Source: Polyangiales bacterium
GTDB lineage: Bacteria > Myxococcota_A > Polyangia > Polyangiales > Polyangiaceae
Length of the DNA stretch: 45,674 bases
Assembly (NCBI GenBank): GCA_038230375.1
Contig: JBBRNJ010000073.1
Span: forward strand, 1-45,674
Reading direction: 5' to 3'
Shown here: positions 12,141-20,563 of the stretch, one piece after another
How the letters are laid out: each line of letters opens with the position of its first letter
How positions within the stretch are numbered: the first letter of the stretch is position 1
Position numbers and translations under genes: made by a program
The notes under the pieces: generated by a model
The model's database searches: none
Told to the model about the DNA's origin: nothing
The model's input: only the letters and a program-made list of their open reading frames with translations

Positions 12141-14086
12141 AGCCCGAACGAGCGCAGCTTCTTGTGGAGTCCCTCGCGCGTGATGCCGAGCGACTTCGCG
12201 GACGCGGTCTTGTTGTTGCCGTGCTCGCGGAGGGACTCGATGAGGAGCCAGCGCTCCACCTGATCCATCATCTCCTTGAGCGTGCCCTTTGCGGGGCGCA
12301 CGCGCTCGACCATGCCTTCGACCTGGCGCACGCGCGGCGACAGCATGTCCGCCGTGATGAACCCGCCGCTGTCGACCTGGATCATGAGGCGCTGCACTTC
12401 GTTCTGCAGCTCGCGCACGTTGCCCGGCCAGTCGTAGCCCTGGAGCAGCTCCATGGTCTGCTGCGCGAAGCCCGAGTTGGGCTTGCCCAGCTCCGCGGTG
12501 TAGCGCGTGAGGAAGTACTCCGCGATGACCGGGATGTCCTCACGGCGCTCGCGCAGCGGTGGCACGCGCAGAGGGAACAGCTTGAGGCGGTGGTAGAGAT
12601 CCTCGCGGAAGCGCCCTTCCGCGAGCTCGTGCTCGGGGTTGCGGTTCGTCGCGGCGACGATGCGCACGTTGACGCGCTTCTCTACCGTCGCACCGATCGC
12701 GCGGATCTCGCCTTCTTGCAGCACGCGGAGCAGCTTGCTCTGCAGCGAGATCGGCATCTCCGTCACTTCGTCCAGGAACAGCGTGCCGCCGTCGGCGATC
12801 TCGAAGAGGCCCTTCTTCTCTTCGTGCGCGCCCGTGAAGGCGCCCTTCTTGTGTCCGAAGAGCTCGCTCTCGAGCAGGTTCTCCGGCATGGCCGCGCAGT
12901 TCTGACCCACGAACAGCTTGTCGCGGCGCTTGCTGCGATAGTGCACGCTGGCGGCGACGAGCTCCTTGCCCACGCCGGTCTCGCCCTCGATGAGGACGGT
13001 TACCTTCGTGTCCACGACCTTGTCCAGCTGCGCAAGGAGCGCCTTCATGGGCGCGCTGCTGCCGATGATCTTCGGCTCGCCGGATTTTCCGCCGGTGCGC
13101 CGCTCTTGCTCGCGGCCCTTGAGGAACTGGTTCTCCTTCTTCAGGCGCTCTTCGGCTGAGCGCAGCCGCGCAAGGAGGCGCGCGTTGGCAACGGCGAGCG
13201 ACGCGTTGTACGCGAGCACACCCATCACCTCGAGCTGCTTCGCCGTGAACACGCCCGTGGTCTGGCGGTTGTCCACCTGCAGCACACCCAGGATGTCGTC
13301 CGCGCCGCGCCACAGCGGCACGGCAAGCGTGGAGCGGATCTGCGCGCCCATGAGCGACTCGCTGGTTCCCAGCTCAGCCTGTGCGTCCGCGGCGATGATG
13401 GCCGCGCGTTCGGCGATCACGCGGCGATACACGCTGCGCGTGACGGGGATGGGCCCTTCCGCCGTGGCCTGTCCGCGTATGCGGGTCTGCACGGGGACAT
13501 AGCTCGCCTGCTCCGGCGGCACGCCCTCTTCGTCGTCGCGCAGGATGACCGTGACGTGTGTGCTCTCCGGTACGAGCGCGAAGCACGCGTCCGTGATGGC
13601 GCGAAGCACCTCGGAGAGATCCTGCGCCTGGCCGATGCGCTTCTGCGCCTCGTAGAGCGTGCGGAGCAGCTGGTCGTCGCGCTCGACGATCTGGGCTTCC
13701 CCGGCCTGCGACAGCTCGGAGATCTTCTTCAGCGCGAAGACGCGCGCGTCCTCTGCGTCGTCGCGGATGACCACCTTGAGCTCCACGCGGAGCTCCTGCG
13801 AGCCGAACTCGATCACGTCGTCGGTGCGGAGCAGGAGCTCGCGCCCGTTCCCGTCCTCGAGCGCGATGCGCGTGTCGCCGCGGACCACGAAGGTCCCGTT
13901 GCGCGAGCGCATGTCGGTCAGGCGATACGCCTCTCCGATGCGCTCGATGCGGGCGTGGTCTCCGGACACGTGCTCATCCGGCAAGAGGATGTCATTGCCT
14001 TCGGCCCGGCCGATGCGAATGCCATCCTTGGGGCTCGAGAACTCTCGTCCCTTGAGCTTGCCGAACTGAACGACGAAACGAATCAT
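12137..14086 (-). CDS. Sigma54 enhancer-binding protein, FHA-GAF-AAA+-Fis HTH
   Basis: FHA (IGR..VSGDHA..SRNGT), GAF, GETGVGKE, ESELFGHKKGAFTGA, LFLDE, WPGNVREL, C-terminal HTH. Confidence 0.95.
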   Translation of the reverse strand: MIRFVVQFGKLKGREFSSPKDGIRIGRAEGNDILLPDEHVSGDHARIERIGEAYRLTDMRSRNGTFVVRGDTRIALEDGNGRELLLRTDDVIEFGSQELRVELKVVIRDDAEDARVFALKKISELSQAGEAQIVERDDQLLRTLYEAQKRIGQAQDLSEVLRAITDACFALVPESTHVTVILRDDEEGVPPEQASYVPVQTRIRGQATAEGPIPVTRSVYRRVIAERAAIIAADAQAELGTSESLMGAQIRSTLAVPLWRGADDILGVLQVDNRQTTGVFTAKQLEVMGVLAYNASLAVANARLLARLRSAEERLKKENQFLKGREQERRTGGKSGEPKIIGSSAPMKALLAQLDKVVDTKVTVLIEGETGVGKELVAASVHYRSKRRDKLFVGQNCAAMPENLLESELFGHKKGAFTGAHEEKKGLFEIADGGTLFLDEVTEMPISLQSKLLRVLQEGEIRAIGATVEKRVNVRIVAATNRNPEHELAEGRFREDLYHRLKLFPLRVPPLRERREDIPVIAEYFLTRYTAELGKPNSGFAQQTMELLQGYDWPGNVRELQNEVQRLMIQVDSGGFITADMLSPRVRQVEGMVERVRPAKGTLKEMMDQVERWLLIESLREHGNNKTASAKSLGITREGLHKKLRSFGL

Positions 14087-14087
14087 G

Positions 14088-15833
14088 TCAGGGCGTGGCG
14101 CGCGATCGCATGATGAGCGACACCTTCGCGAGCGCGTCATCCGCCATCAGCAGGCTCTTGTTTCCCGACGCAGCGTCAGCGTCGACGATCTTGTCGAACG
14201 CGTCGGACGCCGAGATGTCGCCCTTCGGCGCAAGGAACTCCACGGCCTCTGCCATGGCCAGGCGAACGCCCGGGTCCTTCACCTTGTCGACCTTGGAGAC
14301 CATGATGCCGCGCGTGGCGTCGTTGCCGTACGCGGCCGCCATGTAGCAGGCCTTGGTGAAGGCGAAGCGCCCGTCTGCTGCGGACGGGATCGGCTGGTCA
14401 AGGAAGCTCACGTAGCAGTTTGCGTCCTCCTTGCACTTGTCGACCACGCCAGCGGCGCCCTTGAAGAGATCCTTCTCGGTCGCGGGTCCCTTGCCCAGCG
14501 TCTTCTCGATCACGTCGTTGACGGCGTCCTTCCTGGCAAACCCCATCACGCGAATGGCCGACAGAAGGCCTGCGGCCTGCACTGCGTCCGCGGACGTGCC
14601 CTTGGCATTGGTGACCTCCTTCAGGAAGAAGTCGACCATGTTGACGTCGTAGAAGTGCGAAGCGGCGCTGAGCATGACCGCCCGACCGAAGCCGCCGCCG
14701 AGCTGCACGGACGTCTGCGGATCGACCTTGTTGTAGGTCGCGAGGAACGCCTTCTGGACGCTGGCGTCCTTGGCGAAGTGCACAAGGTTGAGCGCAACGA
14801 TGGTCTGGATCGTGTCGTCGTCCGTGGAGTTCACGGTCTCGAGGAGCACGTCGCGCGTGGCCGGACGCGAGAGGTACGCGAGCGGCTCGGACAGCATGAC
14901 GATGCCCGCGCCGCCCGGATACGCCTTGTAGAGCGCGTTGGTGTCGGGGTCCGTCCCCTTGAGCGCACCGACGAGCGCGCCCTCTGCCTCTTTCGGCATC
15001 TTGAGCAGCGCGTTGCGAATGGCATTGCGCATGGACCCCTTCGTGGGCGAGAGCAGCGCGGTGACGAGCGGCTTCACGCCGCCGGCGAACTTCAGGAGGC
15101 CGATGAGGCGGATGCTGGTGCCCTGCGTGAACTCGAACTGGTCGCTCGCGAACTTGTCGTCGGGGTTCGGCGTGTAAGGTTGCGACAGCTTCTCGACGGC
15201 CTTCGGGCCCCATGAAGCGTGCTTGCCCGTGACGATCGCGGTGGTGAGATCCGTCACCAGGTTGATCGACTTCGCCTTCGAGATCTGGAACTTCGCGAAG
15301 CATGACCACAGCGCGTCGACCAGGCCCTGGTCGGTGAGCTTGCCCTGCTTGGCAAGGCTGGTCGCGGCCTGCGCGGAGAACTTCACGTCCTCGTCGTTCT
15401 TGCCGGGCTCGTAGTCGGTGAGGGCCTTCGCGAACGCCTGCGACGCGCGGGGATCCGCCATGTCGCCCAGGGTCTTGATGAGCTCCTTGCGCGTCTTCTC
15501 GTCCAGGTTACCGGCGAGGTACTGCTTGGCGAGCGGCTCCACGACGACGTCGAGGACGCCCTTCACCTTGGCGTCGTCGCGCGCCTTGCTCTTGTCGCCC
15601 TGCACGTTGTTGAGCGCGTCACCGTAGAACTCGCCGAGGCGCTTGATCGCGGGCGTGCGCTGCGCGGGGTCGTCCAGCCGCTTCACCCACGTCGCGGGAT
15701 CGTTCTCGTCCGCACATGCCGTGAGGGTCGTTGCGGCGATCGCGACGGTGAAGAGGGCGGCCGGAGCGCCAAGGCTCCCGAGCGAGAGCGTCCCCATCCG
15801 GGCAAGCAGCGGCAGCATCTTGAGCGATTTCAT
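14088..15833 (-). CDS. Large helical (HEAT-repeat-like) lipoprotein
   Basis: AGGAG RBS, long signal with LTAC lipobox, repeated amphipathic helices. Confidence 0.75.
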   Translation of the reverse strand: MKSLKMLPLLARMGTLSLGSLGAPAALFTVAIAATTLTACADENDPATWVKRLDDPAQRTPAIKRLGEFYGDALNNVQGDKSKARDDAKVKGVLDVVVEPLAKQYLAGNLDEKTRKELIKTLGDMADPRASQAFAKALTDYEPGKNDEDVKFSAQAATSLAKQGKLTDQGLVDALWSCFAKFQISKAKSINLVTDLTTAIVTGKHASWGPKAVEKLSQPYTPNPDDKFASDQFEFTQGTSIRLIGLLKFAGGVKPLVTALLSPTKGSMRNAIRNALLKMPKEAEGALVGALKGTDPDTNALYKAYPGGAGIVMLSEPLAYLSRPATRDVLLETVNSTDDDTIQTIVALNLVHFAKDASVQKAFLATYNKVDPQTSVQLGGGFGRAVMLSAASHFYDVNMVDFFLKEVTNAKGTSADAVQAAGLLSAIRVMGFARKDAVNDVIEKTLGKGPATEKDLFKGAAGVVDKCKEDANCYVSFLDQPIPSAADGRFAFTKACYMAAAYGNDATRGIMVSKVDKVKDPGVRLAMAEAVEFLAPKGDISASDAFDKIVDADAASGNKSLLMADDALAKVSLIMRSRATP

Positions 15834-16055
15834 CGTGCGTCTCCTGAGCCGTTCGTTCTTGGGGAAAAAACCACGTTTTCCCCCGTGAAAATCCGTCCCG
15901 AACCTAGTCGGGGGAGGCAGAGGTGTCAACGAACGTTCTCACCCCTCCACGGGGTGGATTGGACGAAGACAACGACGAGCGATTCAGTCAATTCGGGCGA
16001 AATTTCTGTATTAAATAGGCCCAAGCGCGCTCCCTCACTCGCTAGGATCGACAGC

Positions 16056-16991
16056 ATGAAGCTCACTGCCGCCTGCTCGATCGCCCTGGCGCTCGGCGCC
16101 CTCGTCCTCATGACCGACTCTGCTCAGGCCGCCACGACGCAGGCCACTGGCGCGAGCATGCCCATACTTACCGTTGGTGGCGCCCAGGCGACGTGGGTGA
16201 AGAGCGTGGAGGGTGGCAACCAGGTCGCCGACAGCGTGGCCGAGCCCCGCTCTCTGGAGAAGTCCCCGTTCGCCAAGAAGCACGTCGGCGCCATCCATAT
16301 CGAGCCCCTCCAGGTGGATTTCGGGATGGACAGGATGCTCTCGGGATGGGTCAGCGACGCCTTCAACGGGAATGCCCTACCGAAGGCGGTGGGCCTGAGC
16401 ATGATGGACTTCAACCACAGGGAGACGGGCAAGGTCGACCTGTTGGGGGCGCGCCTCGTGGAGGTCGACTTTCCGGCGCTGGATGCGGCCGATAAATCTG
16501 TATACTACACGCATCTGGTCCTCCAGCCCGAGGCCGTGCGAAGGTCGCCTGGCTCGCAGGCCGTGGTCGCGTCGGTCGCCGTGCCGACGCATCCGCAGGT
16601 GTTGGGCAATTTCCGCGTCACAGTCGGCGCGCTGCCGTGCGGTCGCGTCAGCAAGGTCGGCGCGTTGACGGTGAAGACGGGGCCAAGCGGACTCAGCATC
16701 AGCAACCTGGTGCTCACGATCTCCGGGGGGGACCTCAAGTCGTGGCAGGACTGGCAGGACGCGTCCATGAAGACCGCGTCCAACGAGAAGCCCGAGTTGA
16801 GCGACGCCCAGGAGAAGACCGGCATGATCGAGATGCTCGCGTCTGACATGACAACCGTGACGTCGCGTCTGTCGTTCAGGGGCCTCGGCCTCGTGCGGGT
16901 CGCAATGGACAAGTTCACCAACAACGGGGACGCCATCGAGCGCTTCACGGCCGAGATGTACGTCGAGGACATCAAGCTCGTGCTGCCCTGA
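16056..16991 (+). CDS. Exported protein with two tandem T4 gp19-like tail-tube domains
   Basis: Sec signal MKLTAACSIALALGALVLMTDSAQA; two related halves (KSVEGG..KKHVG..W..DFN..EVDFPALDA..LVLQPE; NFRVTVG..RVSKV..NLVLT..WQDW..KTGMIEML..FTAEMYVE) resembling the gp19/Afp1 tube fold. Confidence 0.65.
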   Translation: MKLTAACSIALALGALVLMTDSAQAATTQATGASMPILTVGGAQATWVKSVEGGNQVADSVAEPRSLEKSPFAKKHVGAIHIEPLQVDFGMDRMLSGWVSDAFNGNALPKAVGLSMMDFNHRETGKVDLLGARLVEVDFPALDAADKSVYYTHLVLQPEAVRRSPGSQAVVASVAVPTHPQVLGNFRVTVGALPCGRVSKVGALTVKTGPSGLSISNLVLTISGGDLKSWQDWQDASMKTASNEKPELSDAQEKTGMIEMLASDMTTVTSRLSFRGLGLVRVAMDKFTNNGDAIERFTAEMYVEDIKLVLP

Positions 16992-17015
16992 CCGTGGGCG
17001 GCGCGGACCGCGCTC

Positions 17016-18182
17016 TCAGCCGATGATCATCGCCTCGGAGAGCAGCTTGCCCTCCTTGAAGCGGCGCAGGTTCCAGCGCGACATGAGCTCCGTGTCCTTG
17101 CCCGTCACGATCTGCTCCGCGATCTTCTTTCCCATGATCGGCGCCATCATGAAGCCGTGGCCCATGAAGCCCGACGCCTGGAAGAAGTTTGGCACAAGGT
17201 CCACGGGACCCACGATGGGGTTCGCGTCCGGCGTGAGGTCGTAGCAACCCGACCACTGCCGCAGCACCTTCACGCGACCGAGCAGCGGACACGCACGCGT
17301 CAGGGATCGCGCGTAGCGACCCAGGAACGCGTGTGAGCTGTCGTGGTTCACCCCCGGAGGCACGTGCTCCTGCCCGATGCCGCCGACGATCTCACCGCGC
17401 GTGGACTGGCTGAAATAAAGGCCATCCGTGAGATCCGCGACCAGCGGGCGCAGCCACGGCTTCAGCGGCTCCGTGGAGCAGATCTCGTGGCGGTGTGGTT
17501 TGTTTGGGAGCTCGACGCCGAGCATCTTCGCGATCTCTGGCGACCACGCGCCCGCTGCATTCACGACCTTGCGCGTCTTCATGACGCCCTTGGTCCCGCG
17601 CTTGCCAAGGCGGTCCAGGACGACGCCCGTGATCTCTCCGCGCTCCATCTCGAAGCCCGTGACGTCGGTGAAGGTGTGGATCTCCACGCCGCGTTTCTGT
17701 GCGGCCTGCGCGAAGCCCCACACGAAGGGCCACGGGAACACCACGCCGTCGTCGCCGTTGTAGCTGGCCGCGACGATGCCGTCCGTGTCGAGCTCGGGGA
17801 CGATCTGTTGTGCCTCCCTGGGCGTGAGCATGCGCGTGCTCAATTTGCATGCATTCTGCACCTTCACGCTCGCCTCGAGCGCGCGGCGCTTCTCTTCGGT
17901 GCGCACGATGAAGAGGTAACCGCCCTGGCGGAACCACACGTTGATCTTCATCTCGCTCGCGAAGTCGCGGCAGATGCGGATGCTCTCCTGCATGAGGCGC
18001 ACGTTCGCCTCGGAGGACCACTGCGCGCGCACGCCTCCGCCGTTGCGACCACTCGCGCCGCCGCAGAGGTAGCTCCGGTCGACGACAGACACCTTCGCGA
18101 CGCCCAGGTTCGCGAGGTGGTACGCGATCGCGAGGCCCATGATCCCCGCGCCGATGACCACGATGTCCGCTTCGTTTCGCAT
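17016..18182 (-). CDS. FAD-dependent oxidoreductase (sarcosine oxidase beta / DadA family)
   Basis: VIGAGIMG, GASGRNGG, VVNAAGAW, YDLTPDANPIVG, GFMGHGFMMAP. Confidence 0.9.
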   Translation of the reverse strand: MRNEADIVVIGAGIMGLAIAYHLANLGVAKVSVVDRSYLCGGASGRNGGGVRAQWSSEANVRLMQESIRICRDFASEMKINVWFRQGGYLFIVRTEEKRRALEASVKVQNACKLSTRMLTPREAQQIVPELDTDGIVAASYNGDDGVVFPWPFVWGFAQAAQKRGVEIHTFTDVTGFEMERGEITGVVLDRLGKRGTKGVMKTRKVVNAAGAWSPEIAKMLGVELPNKPHRHEICSTEPLKPWLRPLVADLTDGLYFSQSTRGEIVGGIGQEHVPPGVNHDSSHAFLGRYARSLTRACPLLGRVKVLRQWSGCYDLTPDANPIVGPVDLVPNFFQASGFMGHGFMMAPIMGKKIAEQIVTGKDTELMSRWNLRRFKEGKLLSEAMIIG

Positions 18183-18210
18183 TGCGCGGTCGGGAGTATA
18201 GTCTCATGAG

Positions 18211-18993
18211 GTGCGGTCGTCCCAGGTGCTCCTCTCCCTAGCCGGTTGTCTCGGGGTGCTCGGCGCGTGTTCGGCCTTCGGCGGGAGTGACGTTGCACCC
18301 GACACCAGCACGCTCGACTCGGGCAACACCGGTGATGCGGGCAACGACGGTGGCGGGGCCGCTACCTTCGACGCGAACGTTACCAGCTGCGTCGCGCCCG
18401 CTCTCGACCTTGTTGCGTGGTGGGCTGGCGACGGCAACCTGAACGATCAGCTGAAAATGAGCCCAGGAACGAGCCCGGCGGGCACCGCGTACGCCCTCGG
18501 CGAGGTCAAGCAGGCCTTCGACCTGGGTGGAGCGCGGTACGTCCAGGTCGCGAGCAGCACGCGCCTGTCGATCACCGCGGCCCTCACGATCGAGGCGTGG
18601 ATCTACTCGAGCACCTTCGGCGGAAGCATCGTCGACAAGCTGGATGGATTCGGCGGGTACGCGCTCGACACCATCAAGAACCATCTGCGATTCCATGTGG
18701 GCCCGGCCACGCTCTCATCAACACAGGCCCTGCAGCCGAATGTGTGGCTACACGTCGCCGGCACGTATGACGGCACCGCCATGAGCGTCTACGTGAACGG
18801 CGTCATTGACGGCACCATGAACGCGACCCCCGTGGCTGCGGCTTCCGCGGACCTGCGCATCGGGGCTGATGCGAGCGGGAGCGGGCTCTTTGGTGGCAAG
18901 ATCGACGAGGTCGCCCTCTATGCTCGCGCGCTCACGCCGCAGGAGATAGCGACCATCGCTGCCGCGGGCTCGTTTGGCCGTTGCAAGATGTGA
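18211..18993 (+). CDS. LamG/concanavalin-like domain lipoprotein
   Basis: Lipobox LGAC; TIEAWI, WLHVAGTYDG..YVNG, FGGKIDEVALYARALT. Confidence 0.85.
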   Translation: MRSSQVLLSLAGCLGVLGACSAFGGSDVAPDTSTLDSGNTGDAGNDGGGAATFDANVTSCVAPALDLVAWWAGDGNLNDQLKMSPGTSPAGTAYALGEVKQAFDLGGARYVQVASSTRLSITAALTIEAWIYSSTFGGSIVDKLDGFGGYALDTIKNHLRFHVGPATLSSTQALQPNVWLHVAGTYDGTAMSVYVNGVIDGTMNATPVAAASADLRIGADASGSGLFGGKIDEVALYARALTPQEIATIAAAGSFGRCKM

Positions 18994-19003
18994 GCTGCGC
19001 TCT

Positions 19004-20563
19004 TCACTTCGCGAGCAAGACGCCGACCACCGCCGGCGAGGCTCCGGACGGCCCACCACCGACCGCGAGGTCCGTGCGCCCGTCGCCGTTGAAGTCGTCC
19101 GCGACGAGCGCAAGCGTGGGGACTGGCGCGCCGCCGTCGAAGAAACCCGACAGCTGGTAGACGGGCCCCTGCGAGAACGTCCCGAGGCCATCGTTCAGGA
19201 GTAGCGAGAGCTGTCCCGTGCTGCTCGCCATCGCGACATCGACAGTGCCGTCGCCGTTGAGGTCTGCCGCGACAAACGCGACCAGCTGCGCGGATAGCCC
19301 TGATGCGTACAGCGTCGCCGGGCCGATGAGGCCCTTCGTGTCTCCCGGGAAGACGTAGAGCGATGTGCCGTCCGTCGTGATCGCATCCAGGTGGCCGTCG
19401 CCCGTGACGTCGCGAACCGCAAGGCCGATCGGCGGCGCGCCGACCGTGAATCCAACCGGCGCGGCGAAGCTCCCGTCGCCGTGGCCCGCGCCGTCGGACT
19501 GTCCGCGCATCACGTTGATCGAGGCGATTGGTGCCTGCGTAGTGATCACCGCGTCCAGGATTCCGTCACCGCCCATGTCAGCAAGGGCGATGGCCTGGTA
19601 CGCGCTGGCCGTCCCGTTGATGTCGTCCATCGTGTACGTGGGGATGCCAAAGGTGCCATCGCCAACGCCGCGATACACCAGGATGCCGTCATCCGCGTTG
19701 ATGGCGATGTCGGGGCCCTTCGCGGAGATCTTCCCGGTGGCGATCCCATGGAGCGTGCCCGCGCCGAAGGGGGTCGGTGCCCACGACGTTGGGAGGAGGC
19801 CGCCATCGGGCTGGCTCACCATGCTGCCGATCGTGGCCCGGTTGCCCGCGGTGTAGATGAGATCGGATCGTGAGTCGCCGTTGATGTCCTCCACCGCGAG
19901 CGCGTTTGCAGGACCTCCGGCGCCGAACGTTTGTGCCAGCGCGAACGTCCCATTCTTGTTGCCAAGGAGCACGCTCACGATGCTTGCGCTGCCGCCCAGG
20001 CTGGCCAGCAGATCGCGCGTGCTCGTACCGCGCAGGTCCGCGGTGACGAGGAGCAAGCCGGCGTCGCCGTTGCCATCGGAGATCGCAGCGAGCGCGGGCG
20101 CGGGCGTGAAGGCTGCTTGCGTGGAGAAGTAGCGGAATAGCTTCGCGCTGCTCGCGGTGCTGCCGTCGGAGTTCGTCACCACCACTGCCACGAAGCCAAG
20201 CGGTCCGGGGCTCGGCGGGAGGGTCACCTGGATCGACGTTGGCGTTGCACCCAGCACCGTGGCCTTTGCGCCTGCGAAGGTGACGCTTGCGCCCGCCGCG
20301 AAGCCGGTGCCGCTGATGGTGACCTGCGCGCCGCCCGTGGCGTTCGCCGAGCCGGGGGCGACGGCCGCGAGCGTGATGGCGCCTTGCGGTCGTCCCGCGT
20401 CCGCCTGCGTGCCCGCGTCGCTCGGCGAGATCTGCGAGGCGTCGGGGCTGTCTTCCGGCGCTGGGGTGAATGACTGACACGCGGCCACCGTTCCAATGGT
20501 CGCGACGGCAATGGTTGCGAGGATCGCGCAGACCTTCCTCTGTCTGGACGCCACGTGATTCAC
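19004..20563 (-). CDS. IPT/TIG + FG-GAP (VCBS) repeat lipoprotein
   Basis: Lipobox VAAC; GGAQVTISGTGF IPT domain; repeated D-x-NGDG-x-x-D; GTGA overlap with the upstream paralogue. Confidence 0.85.
   Translation of the reverse strand: MNHVASRQRKVCAILATIAVATIGTVAACQSFTPAPEDSPDASQISPSDAGTQADAGRPQGAITLAAVAPGSANATGGAQVTISGTGFAAGASVTFAGAKATVLGATPTSIQVTLPPSPGPLGFVAVVVTNSDGSTASSAKLFRYFSTQAAFTPAPALAAISDGNGDAGLLLVTADLRGTSTRDLLASLGGSASIVSVLLGNKNGTFALAQTFGAGGPANALAVEDINGDSRSDLIYTAGNRATIGSMVSQPDGGLLPTSWAPTPFGAGTLHGIATGKISAKGPDIAINADDGILVYRGVGDGTFGIPTYTMDDINGTASAYQAIALADMGGDGILDAVITTQAPIASINVMRGQSDGAGHGDGSFAAPVGFTVGAPPIGLAVRDVTGDGHLDAITTDGTSLYVFPGDTKGLIGPATLYASGLSAQLVAFVAADLNGDGTVDVAMASSTGQLSLLLNDGLGTFSQGPVYQLSGFFDGGAPVPTLALVADDFNGDGRTDLAVGGGPSGASPAVVGVLLAK

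Noticed and set aside
11265..12263. VEVEVE, RGRGRG and RPRPRP ORFs
   Set aside because: Shadow frames of the hexamer repeat inside the 11028-12140 gene
15885..17016. Prophage or complete eCIS/T6SS locus around the tube gene
   Set aside because: No sheath, baseplate, spike, capsid or integrase genes are in the window
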